Shown here in pieces: positions 26,267 to 39,578 of a DNA stretch of 64,000 nucleotides (positions within the stretch are counted from its first letter, which is position 1; every line of letters begins with the position of its first letter). The position numbers and the translations under genes were made by a program. The notes beneath the pieces are model-generated. The model did not search any database and was not told where the DNA came from. It was given only the letters and a program-made list of their open reading frames with translations. The DNA comes from Tubiluchus corallicola (Eukaryota > Animalia > Priapulida), in the NCBI GenBank assembly GCA_030141605.1, contig JAQGDQ010000027.1, positions 957,554 to 1,021,553 of the forward strand. Reading direction: 5' to 3'.

Positions 26267-29200
26267 AAAAGTATAACATTTGTCTTGCACTGCTCATATA
26301 AATATCCCGTGTATCTTATTGTTAGTATCGTAAGTTTGCGTATGTGCAACACTTCTTTGACATCAGAGTACATATGACGCAGACATTAATAAGCCTTTTC
26401 ACAGTTCCAGCGATTGATGATGATCATGAAAATGTCAAAGATTAAGTGAATCAGACAACACGTTTGTGTACACTTGATAGCGCCTTGCAGCCTTTGCTGT
26501 TGTAATAGTAACAGTTTTAACTGCTAGCTAGAACCGTACCTAGTTCATTTTTCTTGTTCCCAAGCAAGGTCCTGCTAGTAAATCAATCTATGAACAGACT
26601 AATGCATAATTAACTAAAGTCCACATTAAACAACTGAAGTTACTAAACTGATGCGGCAGACGGTTTTGCTTTATCCAGAAATCACGTGACGATCGTAGTA
26701 GTAAGTAGTAGTAAGACATGTTGCTGTGGTACACTTAACAACTGACCTACAGCCACTGCACGTGCGCATAACGAAGCAGCGAAAAGGCTTATTATAGGGG
26801 AGATGTGACGCGGTCATTAACTGAACATACTACTTTTATTACAATTTACATTACGTAAGTGGGCGAAGTATCAGAAACTTAAGATTTCCAAAATTTAAGC
26901 TAGTAGTTTAGCATCACATTTTGGTTATCTTCTGTTTGTAATATTTATTGTATATGGTTTGTATACCGATATGTTTGTAAACAAGTTATTACTTTTGCTG
27001 AAATATCGGCAAAATTAAAATTAGGCGTAGTTGCTTATTCAGTATTTAGCCTATCATGTATAGTACACGGGCACAGACGTGAGACGAGCGTGAATGAAGT
27101 ACATGCGCAAGTGTGTTAAAAATATGAAAGAATTAAGAAATGAAAAATACAGTTACACGTTATACACGACATCGTTTCAGAACTTTAAAGATTAAATGAA
27201 CGTCAAAGCTAAGTAGGTCAATCTCTTCTAATTGACTGATTGCCTAAATTACGGCGTGTTTATTTATCAAAAAGTTATGCGTATAAAACGATAATTTACT
27301 AAAAAAGTGATTGGCTAAAGACGAACGCAGTTCTACCGGTTGTCACTCTAATATTTTTCAATTTTCTCATTAATGATTCTTTCTAGGGAAAAACGTAAAA
27401 TTTCTAAGAGTTATGCATATGATACACCAATGCTCCCAGCGTCTGGAAGCGAGAAAGCACGTTTATATTGTCAGTGGGTGATGAAATCAGAAATATTGGC
27501 AACGGACCCTGGAAGTCAGATGCTAGAACCGCTTCCTATTTTCCTATTTTTGAGCGTCCGTTCCTCGACCAGCTAAAGATGATTAGACCTGTGATTAGAC
27601 CTACGAATAAATAATATAAACAAAAAACTTCAAAAATGAAGTTGCTAGGGTCCATTTTGTTTTTCTGCGAAGAACTTGAAGATCCGACGCCACACACTTT
27701 GTTTTTAACTTACTACGCAGTGAATGCTAGAGGCTGGAGACAAGCAGTCTGACGCTGAACGCTTTAGTGAATAACAGAAACAGGACCACACTCAGTTTCT
27801 GTAAGTAATATCACAAGAAATTCACATACTCAGTAAACGCACGCAGTTTACTTATTGCTCCTTACAACATCACAGTAAATATCACAGAGGAATAATTAAC
27901 AGTAAAAATTAGAAAAAGCGAATTATCAGCTTTTAAAATTGTTCACAATGATTATGATTCATCTTACGCAACATTGGTTCTCATTCACTGTGCAGGTCAG
28001 GCTAACATGAAAAAAATGTTAATCAACTTAGACTGTGTATTTTGGCGTCTATATTTACATATAAAAGGAAAACTGTTTATGTTAATATTACCTACGCCCT
28101 TCTGGAAATTTACGAGAAAATTAAAATAATTTTTGGAGCAATTACCGACAGCAATGTTTATAAAATCAGCTGTATTTGCTTATTTAGATGTCTGAAACAA
28201 TTGTGAACTTCACAGGTTTGACTGATTAAGCTAACAGTAGGCTTTGAATTGAATTCAAACTTGTTTCAAAAATATTTAAGCATTGCGAGGTAGATATCTG
28301 TGAGAGAGATATCTGTAAGGTAGATATCTGTGTGGTGCCATCCAGCATGTGCAAACCTACTCTACTAATGAACAAAAAACATAAAATGAAGAAATCGAAA
28401 ACCAAACAAAATATTTGCAATTAAACACATTCAGATCTACTCCCGGAAGCCAAGCCAAGTAGGTAGCAAGTGCACGATGGAAGTTTTATAAGCAAAACGT
28501 GGCCTAGTTTGACTGACTGTTAAACTTTACAATACGAAACTACGCGCAGTGTAGAAACTAGTCCAGAATGCGAAACACTGGCTTATTCGCTTATTTAGCT
28601 TTTTTGCCCAGTTTTCAGGATAAATCCAATTTTCATAAACATGTCATTTAGAACGTCATGTATCCTTGCTATGGATCTGTTTCATTGTAGAATTCTAGAA
28701 TACGGTGTAATACGGAGACGCCACAATATAAAAACTGGTTACAACCTAGAACCTGGTATTTATTACCTGAACAATAAGAACGAGAACGAGATTCACATCA
28801 CAGCGAAATAGCGAGTTTATAAAATTAATTCGGAAGCTAGTAACCCAAAAACCACTTTAACAAAGAGAGCAAAGCTGTGCCTCAACCACCATTAACACTA
28901 TCTAACCTTGCAATTAGACACTGTAACCAGCAAGTACCTACAATAATGTGCATACTTTCCACGTAGTGTTCAGCATAATGAAAAATAATCGCTGATTTAG
29001 CTGAGCTTAGGCTAAGCCACAAACAAGACATCGACCGGTCTTTGGCAACATTTACTTATCAGGAAACATAATGCTTTGCCCATGACTTTGACACAGCCAG
29101 TGCCAAAGAACCTCGCCGCGTTTTAAATATTGTATGTTCTGATAAACAAATTTTATTAATAAATAGTCTAACTAAAAATGGCAATTACATAACTTTAAAG

Positions 29201-29290
29201 AGTAAAATTTTAGCATGAAAATTTTAAGATGAAACTGTCAAAGCTTTTAAGCACTTTAAAGAATTTTTACTGCAACTTTTATTTCCTATT

Positions 29291-30055
29291 TCATGACATT
29301 AAAATATCTACACCGGGTGCACTGGCAAGAACGCCAATAACCTCGCCTGTGTTTTTAGTACCAAGGGTCCGCCTGAACCTCCTTCAATATTACTGCGAGT
29401 TGGATTATAGGCGCAAATATGAAAAGTTTTGGAAAGATCCTCACAGTCACCAATCATATCAATTGCTACTAATTATGCTTTCTGTAAACGATCATACACA
29501 GGCACTGGTAAACCTGTTGGCCCCAGTTTTCCCCATCCTGCCATAATGACTTTTTCATTAATATAATCATCTCTGTCGCAAACAGGTAGTTTAGCAGGCA
29601 GAATATCTTGATCGCTTCCTATAATGACAGTATACTCAACACGCCTGCTTAATCGCACTAAGGCAATATCATGATATTCAAAATCCTTAGACCCCAAAGA
29701 AAATGTTGTTTATACCACCGCACTATTGGGGAGTCCCATACACTGTTATGTCCAATATAGACTTTTAAGTGTTCTCCGGGCATTTCGACAAACTTAAAAC
29801 AATGAGCTGCTGTTAAGACCCACAAGTTGTCGATGAGGGTTCCTCCGCAAACACATTTCGTCAAAACAAGAAAGACAATATAGGGAAATTCTCGTTCTTT
29901 AACTTCTTCTCCGCCTCGAATCCTTGGTTAAGCAGACAGTGTTGTTACGTTGTAAAATGTACTTTCAGCAGGCGTAGAAGTAGTGGTAAGTGTAGAGAGA
30001 CATCCATTAAAGTAGAACCATGTAAACATCAACGAACTGTAGCAGATAGCTTCAT
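29291..30055 (-). pseudogene. Intronless trypsin/chymotrypsin-family (S1A) serine protease pseudogene
   Basis: PR|IRGGEEVKEREFPY, CGGTLIDNLWVLTAAHC, HDIALVRL, AGWG, HICAY, EGGSGGPLV, then GEVIGVLAS in another frame. In-frame TAA at 29928-29930 and 29473-29475; frameshifts near 29700 and in the T-run 29352-29356. Confidence 0.88.
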
Positions 30056-31989
30056 ACTGGTGCTAATCTACTGGTCCTAATCTAATGAGGTGCTAATCTA
30101 ATGTGGTAAAGTTGTGTTTCTCTGTTCTTTCACAGGCACTGTTCTTCCACAGGCAGTTATTTCTATGCAACTTTTTGGGCTGTGCCACTTATTATTTTGT
30201 TCAGCATGGTACTTGGTTGTATTTTTCCATTGTTAGTACATTTAAATTCAGACAATGCAAACTTCGAAATTGTTGAGAGAAAACTGACTTTTACTAGTTA
30301 AGTTTTGGAATACTTGTTTGCAGAACCTGTTAAGTTATGGATTGCGCGCGCGTGTTCGTGCCTAACGTTTCAGGATGGTAGTTTTCGGGAGATCTTAACA
30401 TCGTAATGACGGCGGCCAAGAGGTCCAGACTGCCAGACTTCAATCACGGGTTGCTCATGCTAATTGCGATTGCGGAACAGGTACTTAGCTGGTAAACGCA
30501 CCTGCCTCGTTTATACCTGGTATTCGCGACTATGCAATGACTTCGCACGGCCGAGTCCATCACAATGCAGAGGGTGGTCGAAAACAAATGGCATTTCGCC
30601 CACGTAACATTATGAAAACATCATTTTGTAACAGATGATATAATTACAGTTCGGAATTCTAAAAAGAAAACAATCATAGGGCACTTGTCGTCATGCCTTA
30701 ACGTCTGCTGATCGTTGCAAACTAGCAACGAAGGTATGAAACCTCTTACACCTTCTATTTGATCTTAATTAGTGTCTATCAGTAACAGGTTCTGAAATAG
30801 TGTAGCAGAACCATTGTAACCAAAAAGGTGTGCTATTCCAATTGAAAGAAACTACTATGTGTTACGGATTTTTTCTTGCTGCGGTAACACCTTGGCCCCA
30901 GCGGACTGCTACTTTATGTTTATTACTCTAAGTTAATTAACTAAGAAAGACTTTCTTAGAACAAAATTGAAATCAGTTGTTATGAGTTAACACATCAAAT
31001 GTGAAAATGTAAATGTTGTTAACTTAAACACACCTAACTTATTAATGAAATTAAAACTATAGTTAATTAAAATCTCTGAATTCTACCTTACAGGGCAATT
31101 TATTTATACTCTTGCGTTCCCTTGACCCAATATTTTCATCTTTCTTTCATTAGCTTCATTATCACTCATACTATTTTTGTAGCTTAACATCAGCATCAAA
31201 CACATCATAAACAACTTGTCCTACTATTTCGCACATCACTATTAAAAAAACAAGTTTCATAACTTTCTTAATCCCCGTCTTACTTAATGCATAACTAACA
31301 GTTATGTAATCGTGTGCCTATTAAACTTATAAATGGTATTTACTCACTGAAAGGCGTTTATATAGGTTGTACCTGTTTGCCAATCAGCATTTGATTAATT
31401 GCCCATTGTTGTTTTTATAAATGTACTTATAATTGTAATGTTTCTTATCAAATAAAAATGTTGTTTAAACTAACACATCAGTACTCCGAATCACAAAAAA
31501 GATGTACTATTTTTGCGAAGTATTTGCGAAGCTTAAATGTCTGATGAAGTCAGGCATTGTCAAGGAATATCTTCTTTGAAACTATTAAAACTAGACAATC
31601 ATTGTTGATAATACAGCCGTAAAAACAATTTAAATTTTTGTATGTGATTGTTATGCCTTTTTAAACTATATGCTTCATCTTCTTGTTGGTAAATAAAATT
31701 CATCATCTTCTGTTGGTAAATAAAATCCATGTTACTTTTTTTCTTGTTGTCCGTGTTTGACATTTGTTTTACTTTTGCTACAACCACTTATGTAACTTGA
31801 CTGTACATATGTACGAAAATGATGTTAATAATAGCATACCATTTCTGTTTTTAAACATAATAAAATTAAACTTAAAAATTTTATGCCGATTAAATTTTTT
31901 GAAAATTTATTTCACCAGAAAGAAAAATGTTTCTCAAATGGTTTTTCGGTTGACATTTGTCTGGTCTGTTAATTTCTATTTGGTGGTAC

Positions 31990-32113
31990 TTTGACCGGTG
32001 GTCCTTTGTCCTTTCAGACGAATCGTTGACCAACAGTCCTTTATCTATTGGTTCTTTGACTAGTGGTCCTTTGGCAGGTGGTCCTTTGCCTGGTGGCCCT
32101 GTGACTGGGATCC
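31990..32113. repeat. 15-bp periodic repeat (GGTCCTTTGNCNGGT)
   Basis: Repeated GGTGGTCCTTTG units ending in GTGACTGGGATCC; probably subterminal repeats of a non-autonomous DNA element. Confidence 0.6.
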
Positions 32114-33574
32114 TGTGTCCTACACCCGTTCTAATTCTAGAAATGACGAAATATGGGATCCCAAAAGTTAGAACAGCCTAGATTTTTCGAAGTGTTTAAT
32201 TTGTTGGTCAACTACATGGGATGATCATTGAACAGCCTTGATCTTTGGGGAATACGGTCTGGTGGTGTAAAACGTCTGTCTTGTAAACAGAGGATTCCTT
32301 GTTCAGATAAAAGACTTTTTTCCAGCTTTTTCACGTTTCTTGTATTTCATGTTTGGTATCAAAATTTAATTAAATGTGGACTTGTACCATCATTAATAAT
32401 ATTCATCACATTAAGATTACAATAACTAACAGGGAAGATTTTCACCTAGTTCCACTTTCCCCCGTTTAATAAAAAATAGGGATAATCAACTTTATCTTAT
32501 TCATAGCTGTTCCAACAGTAATTGGGAGACCTATATTGCATATATCAATTTTATATCATGCTGAATTTACTCACAGCGCATAACTTTAACCAGCATGACA
32601 ACTACAGATGTGCACTACTTGCACAAATTTTCTTCCTAATTACACAAAATGCCAAATAACACACTGCCAATTTGGCAGCTTTAAACACTAACATTTTTAC
32701 AAATTTCATTGTCAATTTTTTGTGTGAAATCATTCTGCGCCTGTTTTTACGTTAAAATAAAGTTTACGTGTGTAATAAGGTTTGGTTTGGTATTATTTTT
32801 ATTTCCTTGTTCGTGCAGAAATGTGTGTTAAAATTGTTAAATTATTGCGTCTGAAATTTAGGTTAAAAGAAAATGAATGTGTGAACCAGAAAACATTCTC
32901 ACTTATTTGCAAGACACGTAGCTAGTTTGTCACGTGTTTGCACTTGTTTAGTGAATGTTTTCACAAGTTATTGAAGGTATTTACTTTAAGATTGACCCAA
33001 TTTTTATAAATTGTACAACTACAATACTAACCATACAAATAAAAATTACAATAGACAACAGATAATACACAGTTGCTTAAGAGGTCTAATGCGGAGTGTG
33101 AATGCGAGTCATACTTGCGTGACCAATTATGATATTCAAAACTACCGAAAATTCCCACCACGGAACTACAAGAGACAGCATACAAAGCTGTTTTATACGA
33201 GGCAGGAAATGAGCGTTTTCACTTTCTGATACGCCAGTAAAACTAGCCAAATTTCATTGTCGCGAGACTGGAAAGGGAAAATGTTTTTCTAGGACTACAG
33301 GATATTAAGTGACCCAGAAAGTATTAACAAAATACACGGTAGCGGGTGCGGACGTACCAGTTTTGTATTTTTTGCTGCTGCATTGTTGTCATTAGTATAA
33401 ATGCCAATTCTGGAGAACGACTGAGTACGCCCCTTCTGTTAAGGGCGGTAATTGCTCATGCGTTTAGTTATTTTTTTACACACAGTAAAACGTCTCTATG
33501 TGACCGGTTTGCCAGTACTAATATGTTCAGTGTTTAATCGTGCTTTAATTATACTAAGGAAGACATGCAATAAA

Positions 33575-36500
33575 ATGGATTGCTACAGGCTCTCCGTTTT
33601 GTTTGTGGCGTTTGTAAATTTCGGTAAGTATCGTGAACTCGTTTCAAACTTTGAAGTACAAAAGTAATGCCTCACTTGAATAAAGTGTGTATTAAGGTAA
33701 ATATTTTATTGTGTTTGGTATTTGCACGCAAGCCTTTGACAGGGGGACTTTTTTATATAATGACTGACTACGACAGTAATTGTAACCGTGAAGCTTTGTA
33801 GCTAATGTAGCTGCTCTTTTGCATAAAATTAACGTATTTGAAATGCACAAAAGCGCAGGGTCTCCATAGAAAAATCTCTGATAATTCGCACTCAGGTCTT
33901 AAGAACCTGACTAAAATTTCAAAAATGCACCTTTCCTGTCAATTTCGAATTGTTATTTTAATAAATCAGTCAGTACTTTACAAATAAAAATGTCAATTTA
34001 ATAAAAATACTATTCGCATATGCAATATGCTAATGCGAAATCTCAACTACATATATTTACTGTTCGGCGTCAGTTATTTAGGTCGTGAAGTTTTCAGTTT
34101 AAAATTCTTTTATTTTTCCTTTTGCAATTGCACGTAGTAGTAGAGCAAGCAAAATATTATGAAAACCAAATAGATGTGTTGAACAAGCATTACATGCGTG
34201 CTTTATCAAGTTGTCTTGGTAATTTTAAACGTCAGTGATATTACGGTATATAAGTAATACTATATAAGTAATATGATACTTTGCACAAAGTATCATAGAA
34301 TGATGTAAGGACTAATAAACCTTAGTAGTAGTAACACGTAGTAAGTTTACTGACATGCCCTAGCAATCATACAAAGTCAGAACAAAGTTGCATGACAGTC
34401 TTGTAAATAACAAGCACAGAAACTTTTCTGCGTTCAGTTAAAACAGATGAACACTTTTTTTGCAAAACTAGCAAGATCTACATGATTGCTCTACTCCACT
34501 CCACCGCCCCCTTTCGAACATAAGATTGTGCGACGAAACGCGCCCGCGTGTACACTGATCTAACTTTTTATACCAATCTAGCGTAGACATCTCTGTTCCA
34601 ATAAATTGGATGATGTATTAAATTTTTTTATGCAGAATATACTTTGTCCGAGTTCAGTTCAATATTAAGTCGTTGACGCGTTGTTTATCGGAATTCATAA
34701 CGTTTTTGGTGCATGTATGTTACGCAAATACACGTTAGCTGAGTGAACATTGTTTATAAAGTCTTCAAACATGGCTCACCATAGATAGCTTTTTGTTTAA
34801 ATCAAATTTCATTGTGTCAAATAGTTTGTTTTGATTGCGCCTAATAATTATGCCATAGTTAGTTGTAATTTAGGTAAATAAACTGTGTGCAAAATTTAAA
34901 TAAGATTTAATTTGTAGCTTCTTTGTTTTTTAGTCATCAACTAACTACATGCAATTATACATAATGCATAATAATTCGCCATTACAGATTCGGTTTACTG
35001 AAAACATTGCTTTAAAGCAAAAGACAAATCACTTAGCATTTTGGGTTTATTTTACAGTCACTTAAACTTTGAAAAATGTAATAAAGAAATTTGCAGAAAA
35101 TTTGTCTGTAGAACGTGAAGTGAATTTATATTACCGCTGTACAGAAATTTACAGGCGCAGTGGTAGCCACCATTTACTTTAAAATTATGACGCAATTGAT
35201 GGCTTCTTGATTTTTCGTGAGCGCACCGTGGCTTGTCATAAAATAATTCAAACTTCTGCACATTATTTAGTATTTACGCAGAAATATCACAAAATGAGCT
35301 GCCTAAATTTTTTCAAAAACTTTTCATACCTTTGACACAAAATGACAATGCGATGCTTTTCTTCAGCCGATAAACGACATCATTGGTGAAAAATGGCACC
35401 AAAATGGAGGCGCCCAAGTGTCAAACACTTGCGATTTTAAAATGACTTTACTAATCACATGAGGCACTTATCACACTTTTATTACTAAATCTTTTCAATA
35501 CTTTTCGCGAATTTTGAAATAAACTTCCTAGAAAAATTGGCTTTTCTTTAATTCTTTGTCGCTGTCTTCCTTTCAAAAAATAAAAACTTTGTGTTGCCAC
35601 GACGCAAGACAAAATAACTAAAATGCGTTCTTCATAGTAGATGATTGAGGCAGACATATTGCCACAACCAAATATTTCCACCATACATTTATTTGCTGTG
35701 TTCAGCAAGGTATAATGTGTAGCTGTAAGCTCACGAATGTGTCTGATCACATTTAAAGGTCCTATGACACTATTTTTTATGTTTGCACAGCGTATACGAA
35801 ATTACATATTTCTTAGCTTTTAAGTCAGTTCTGATGCGCTACGTTGGCCCTGCATCGTAGTTCGGGAAAACGATGGGCAAAATTAATGACAACATTAATA
35901 AATAAATCAATTAATTATAATCTTAACATCAAGATTGAAATATTACTGATGGCACAAATTGGGAATTAATTAAATTCTGAAACCAAATTTGAAAAAAACA
36001 GCAAAAATGAAAACTTGTAACAGTCAGGATTTCAACGAGGAACTTTCGCTTACAAGGCAGATTTGAACCAGGGATACAGAGCAGACAGCTACTTCGTTCC
36101 CCGGCAATCCAGACAGTCCAGAGCCCATGCCTACTTAATTAATACCTACGAGACTTACAAATTCAAAATTAAACTAAACTAAGCTAAAATTAACTCCACT
36201 GCGAGTGATTAACATTAGAAATGACGATTTTGGTTTGATAGCAATAAGAGATAAACATTGGACTGTTTTGATTGCTTGGGGAACATGGTAGCAGCCTAAA
36301 AAGTCTGCCTGTATCCTTGGTTCAAATCTTTGCTGTATTCCAACTTTTCTGTTTCTTGTTCTTCAATTAATGTAATGAATTTTATTTTAATTAGTAAGCA
36401 GTCAGAGGGATGGCTGCGGAACCACGAAAGGCTGTTACAGATTTGGTTCCACAGAAGACTGTAACGCTGATACCTGTGAGTACATGATAACGTGGCAAGT

Positions 36501-39500
36501 AAAAGGAAAGACGGCGTATTTTAAAATAGCAGCCAGGATGGAATCCAGAAATTCATATGCGTCCATAGGATTTTCTGTAGATGGGAAAATGGTAAGTTTA
36601 ATAAGCAAGTACACTACTTAGACGAAAATAAAACTATCAAGGATGATAGACTTCTTACTCGCTGTAAATTTCGTTCTCACGAGACAAAGACAATCATTAG
36701 GAACGAATCCCTGTTTAGCAAGATTTCTAGCTTCTAACCCGTTTTTATAATAAAGATATATATCTGCACACACATAATGTATAATTTTTGCTATCTGCAT
36801 ACAAGGAAACAGAAAACAAAATAGTGAGCTTTATCAGACAAGCATGTGGCAAAATGCTAAAATTATTAGGCAAGCGGGAGACAAAGTAGTAAGCAATTCA
36901 GGCAAACAGATGACAAAGTTATCAGACAAGCACGAGGCAATGCGCTAAACTTATTAGAAAAACAGAAGGCAACGTGATAAACAAACAGGAGGCAAAATAG
37001 TAAGCTTATCAGGCAAGCAGAAGGCAAAGTGGTAAGCTTATCAGACAAACAGGAAGCAAGGTGGCAAGCCCATCATGAAAGTGGGAGGCAAACTGGCAAG
37101 CGTATCAGGCAAGTAGGAGGCAAAGTGGTACACCTAACAGGAAAGCAGAAGGCAAAACGGCAAGATTAACAGAAAATGTAAGCCTTCATAACTGTGGGTA
37201 GAATATGTCTAAGTGTTATTACCTACGTATAGCTCTCTGTCTGCAACGTACCTGAAGAATAAATGATCAAAATGTGAAAAAAATGCTAGAAAACTTGACG
37301 AACAGCTAAGTCTTTGAGATTAACATTGTTTAAGTGTTTGTAATACCCATTTTTCAGTTGCTCAATCATTTATAGTGCTTTGCACAGAAAGCTGTTTAAG
37401 CCTTGTAGGCATTCTTTACCAGAAACAAGACCATGATCAATTATAGTGCTTTGCATGGAAGCCATTTAAGCATTGTAGGCATTCTTCACCAGAACCATGA
37501 GTACAATCAACTGTAATGCTTTTCATGAAAAGCTGTTTAAACCTTGTAGTCATTCTTCACCTGAAACACAAGCACAATCATATATAGCGTTTTGCCTGGA
37601 AAGCTGTATGCATTCTTCACCAGAAACAGGAGCACAATCAACTGTAGTGTTTTGCATGTGAAGCTATATGCATTCTTCACCAGAAACAGGAGCACAATCA
37701 ACTGCAGTGTTTTGCATGTTAAGCTATATGCATTCTTCACCAGAAACAGGAGCACAATCAACTGCAGTGTTTTGCATGTGAAGCTATATGCATTCTTCAC
37801 CAGAAACAGGAGCACAATCAACTGTAGTGTTTTGCATGTGAAGCTATATGCATTCTTCACCAGAAACAGGAGCACAATCAACTGCAGTGTTTTGCATGTG
37901 AAGCTATATGCATTCTTCACCAGAAACAGGAGCACAATCAACTGCAGTGTTTTGCATGTGAAGCTATATGCATTCTTCACCAGAAACAGGAGCACAATCA
38001 ACTGCAGTGTTTTGCATGTGAAGCTATATGCATTCTTCACCAGAAACAGGAGCACAATCAACTGCAGTGTTTTGCATGTGAAGCTATATGCATTCTTCAC
38101 CAGCACAATCAGTTAGTGATTTGAACATAAAGCCATTTGAGTCTTATAGGCATTCTGCACGAGAAACATGAGCAAAATCAATTATAGTGCTTCACATGGA
38201 AGTCATTTAAGCCTCGTGGGCATATTACTCACCAGAAACAAGAGAACAATCAATCAGTGCTTTCTCGGAAGACATTTTGAAACACTTTTCCCAAACAATC
38301 GCGGAAAAAAGATTTTCGTGGATAATGTAATCTGTATTGAAGCTGACCATTTATTGTGAAAAATGTTGACAAGGAGGCACCATTAAATTGGTCATGCAAT
38401 GTTATTATCCTAAAAGTGTCAAACTTGGCCAATTCAGAATTTTGGAATATTTCATTTACAAGTCCTTTGTAACGTTTTTGTGTAAGAAAATGAATGGAAA
38501 AAAATTAGTGGGGTAAAATGGGACTAAACCTGTCAAATTGCAATACTCCGTTCAAAGCTCTCAGCGACGAGCTGTATCACGTGACAGAAAGCCTTGCATT
38601 GAGAAAGCAGCTGGCGAATAGTGAGAAAGTGTTTTCTCTTGCTTGAAAAAGTGAGACACTCGGTATTTCTTCACAAACTAAATGGCAGAATTTTCAGATT
38701 TTGACAGCAGTCAACTCCTGATGTCCTAGTTTTATGATTAACCTAAATTGCAAGATATTTCTTACACTCCTGTTGTGTAACCTTTTCAATAGTAATGTTG
38801 GGGACCAGAGGTCATCACATTCAGCAATGTTGAAATGCTAGTACCAGACAGATATTGTTTAAAAAACTCTATACATTTACTATAAAACTCTAATATAGCA
38901 ATTTAGGGGAACGCCACATGGTTTTAATACCAACACATGGAGCCACATTACAGACCAGCTGGTGCATTCATTAACCTTTTGAAATGTTTTGCTAGTGTGT
39001 GGTACTGAGCTTTGAGCACAATATTATTAATAAATGTCATATTTCAGCTGCAAGATATGACAAGGGTAGAATATACTGCCACTTCAGTCGAAATTTGGAA
39101 ACCGGTGGCGGTAATGATCTGATAATAGGACCAGATGGGATATTTAATATGAGTGAAGCATGGTATCACCAATATGTAGTAGGACCAATAAATTTAGGTA
39201 TGTGCCAAATTATTTAAAATTCCACTCGGAAATAGTTCAAGCGTCTTGAATTAGAATAGCAAACAGCAGCAAAAATTAGAAAACAGTCTACTGACGAAGA
39301 TGAAATTCATATGAAAGATATTAAGAAGCTAATAGTAACTATTAATTAGTAATTAAAAAATATTTATTGCAGATGGGAACTTGGCATTTCATTACTTATA
39401 TCGCAAGCCAGTCATATCCACTGAGGCACAAAACTTAAGGACTTACATCAACCGTTATGCGCACACCGTAGGAGGAGAGACGTACAAAGAAATATGCCAG

Positions 39501-39578
39501 GCAGCAAATGCAAATTCTATTCACAGCTTCGTATATTTCCCGATATTAACCACTCTATTACATTATGCTTTAAATTAA
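33575..39578 (+). CDS. Secreted/GPI-anchored single-DOMON protein (FRRS1/FRRS1L-like DOMON); possibly disrupted
   Basis: Exon 33575-33623 encodes signal peptide MDCYRLSVLFVAFVNF. 36395-36591 SSQRDGCGTTKGCYRF...CEYMITW...YASIGFSVDGKM. 39048-39197 ARYDKGRIYCHFSR...FNMSEAWYHQYVVG. 39373-39578 DGNLAFHY...ANANSIHSFVYFPILTTLLHYALN*. DOMON heme-ligand Met (GKM) and His (LAFH) present; hydrophobic C-terminal tail. The middle exon is only tentatively 38907-38961 and contains a stop. Confidence 0.75.
36825..37170. repeat. Degenerate ~32-33-bp minisatellite
   Basis: Recurring AAGCAGAAGGCAAAGTGGTAAGCTTATCAGACAA-like units. Confidence 0.8.
37541..38103. repeat. 60-bp minisatellite, ~8.4 near-perfect copies (37601-38103) plus degenerate flanking copies
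   Basis: Unit AAGCTATATGCATTCTTCACCAGAAACAGGAGCACAATCAACTGCAGTGTTTTGCATGTG repeats line by line. Longer diverged variants at ~37340-37540 and ~38104-38270. Confidence 0.97.

Noticed and set aside
36581-36591. 11-nt microexon (ttttctgtag|ATGGGAAAATG|gtaagt)
   Set aside because: The upstream sequence is itself DOMON-coding (SIGFSVDGKM), so this is the end of the 197-nt exon 36395-36591.
37537-38116. 189-aa and 174-aa ORFs, and a CRISPR-like appearance
   Set aside because: Both ORFs are translations of a stop-free 60-bp tandem unit. There are no unique spacers, no cas genes, and the context is a eukaryotic intron.
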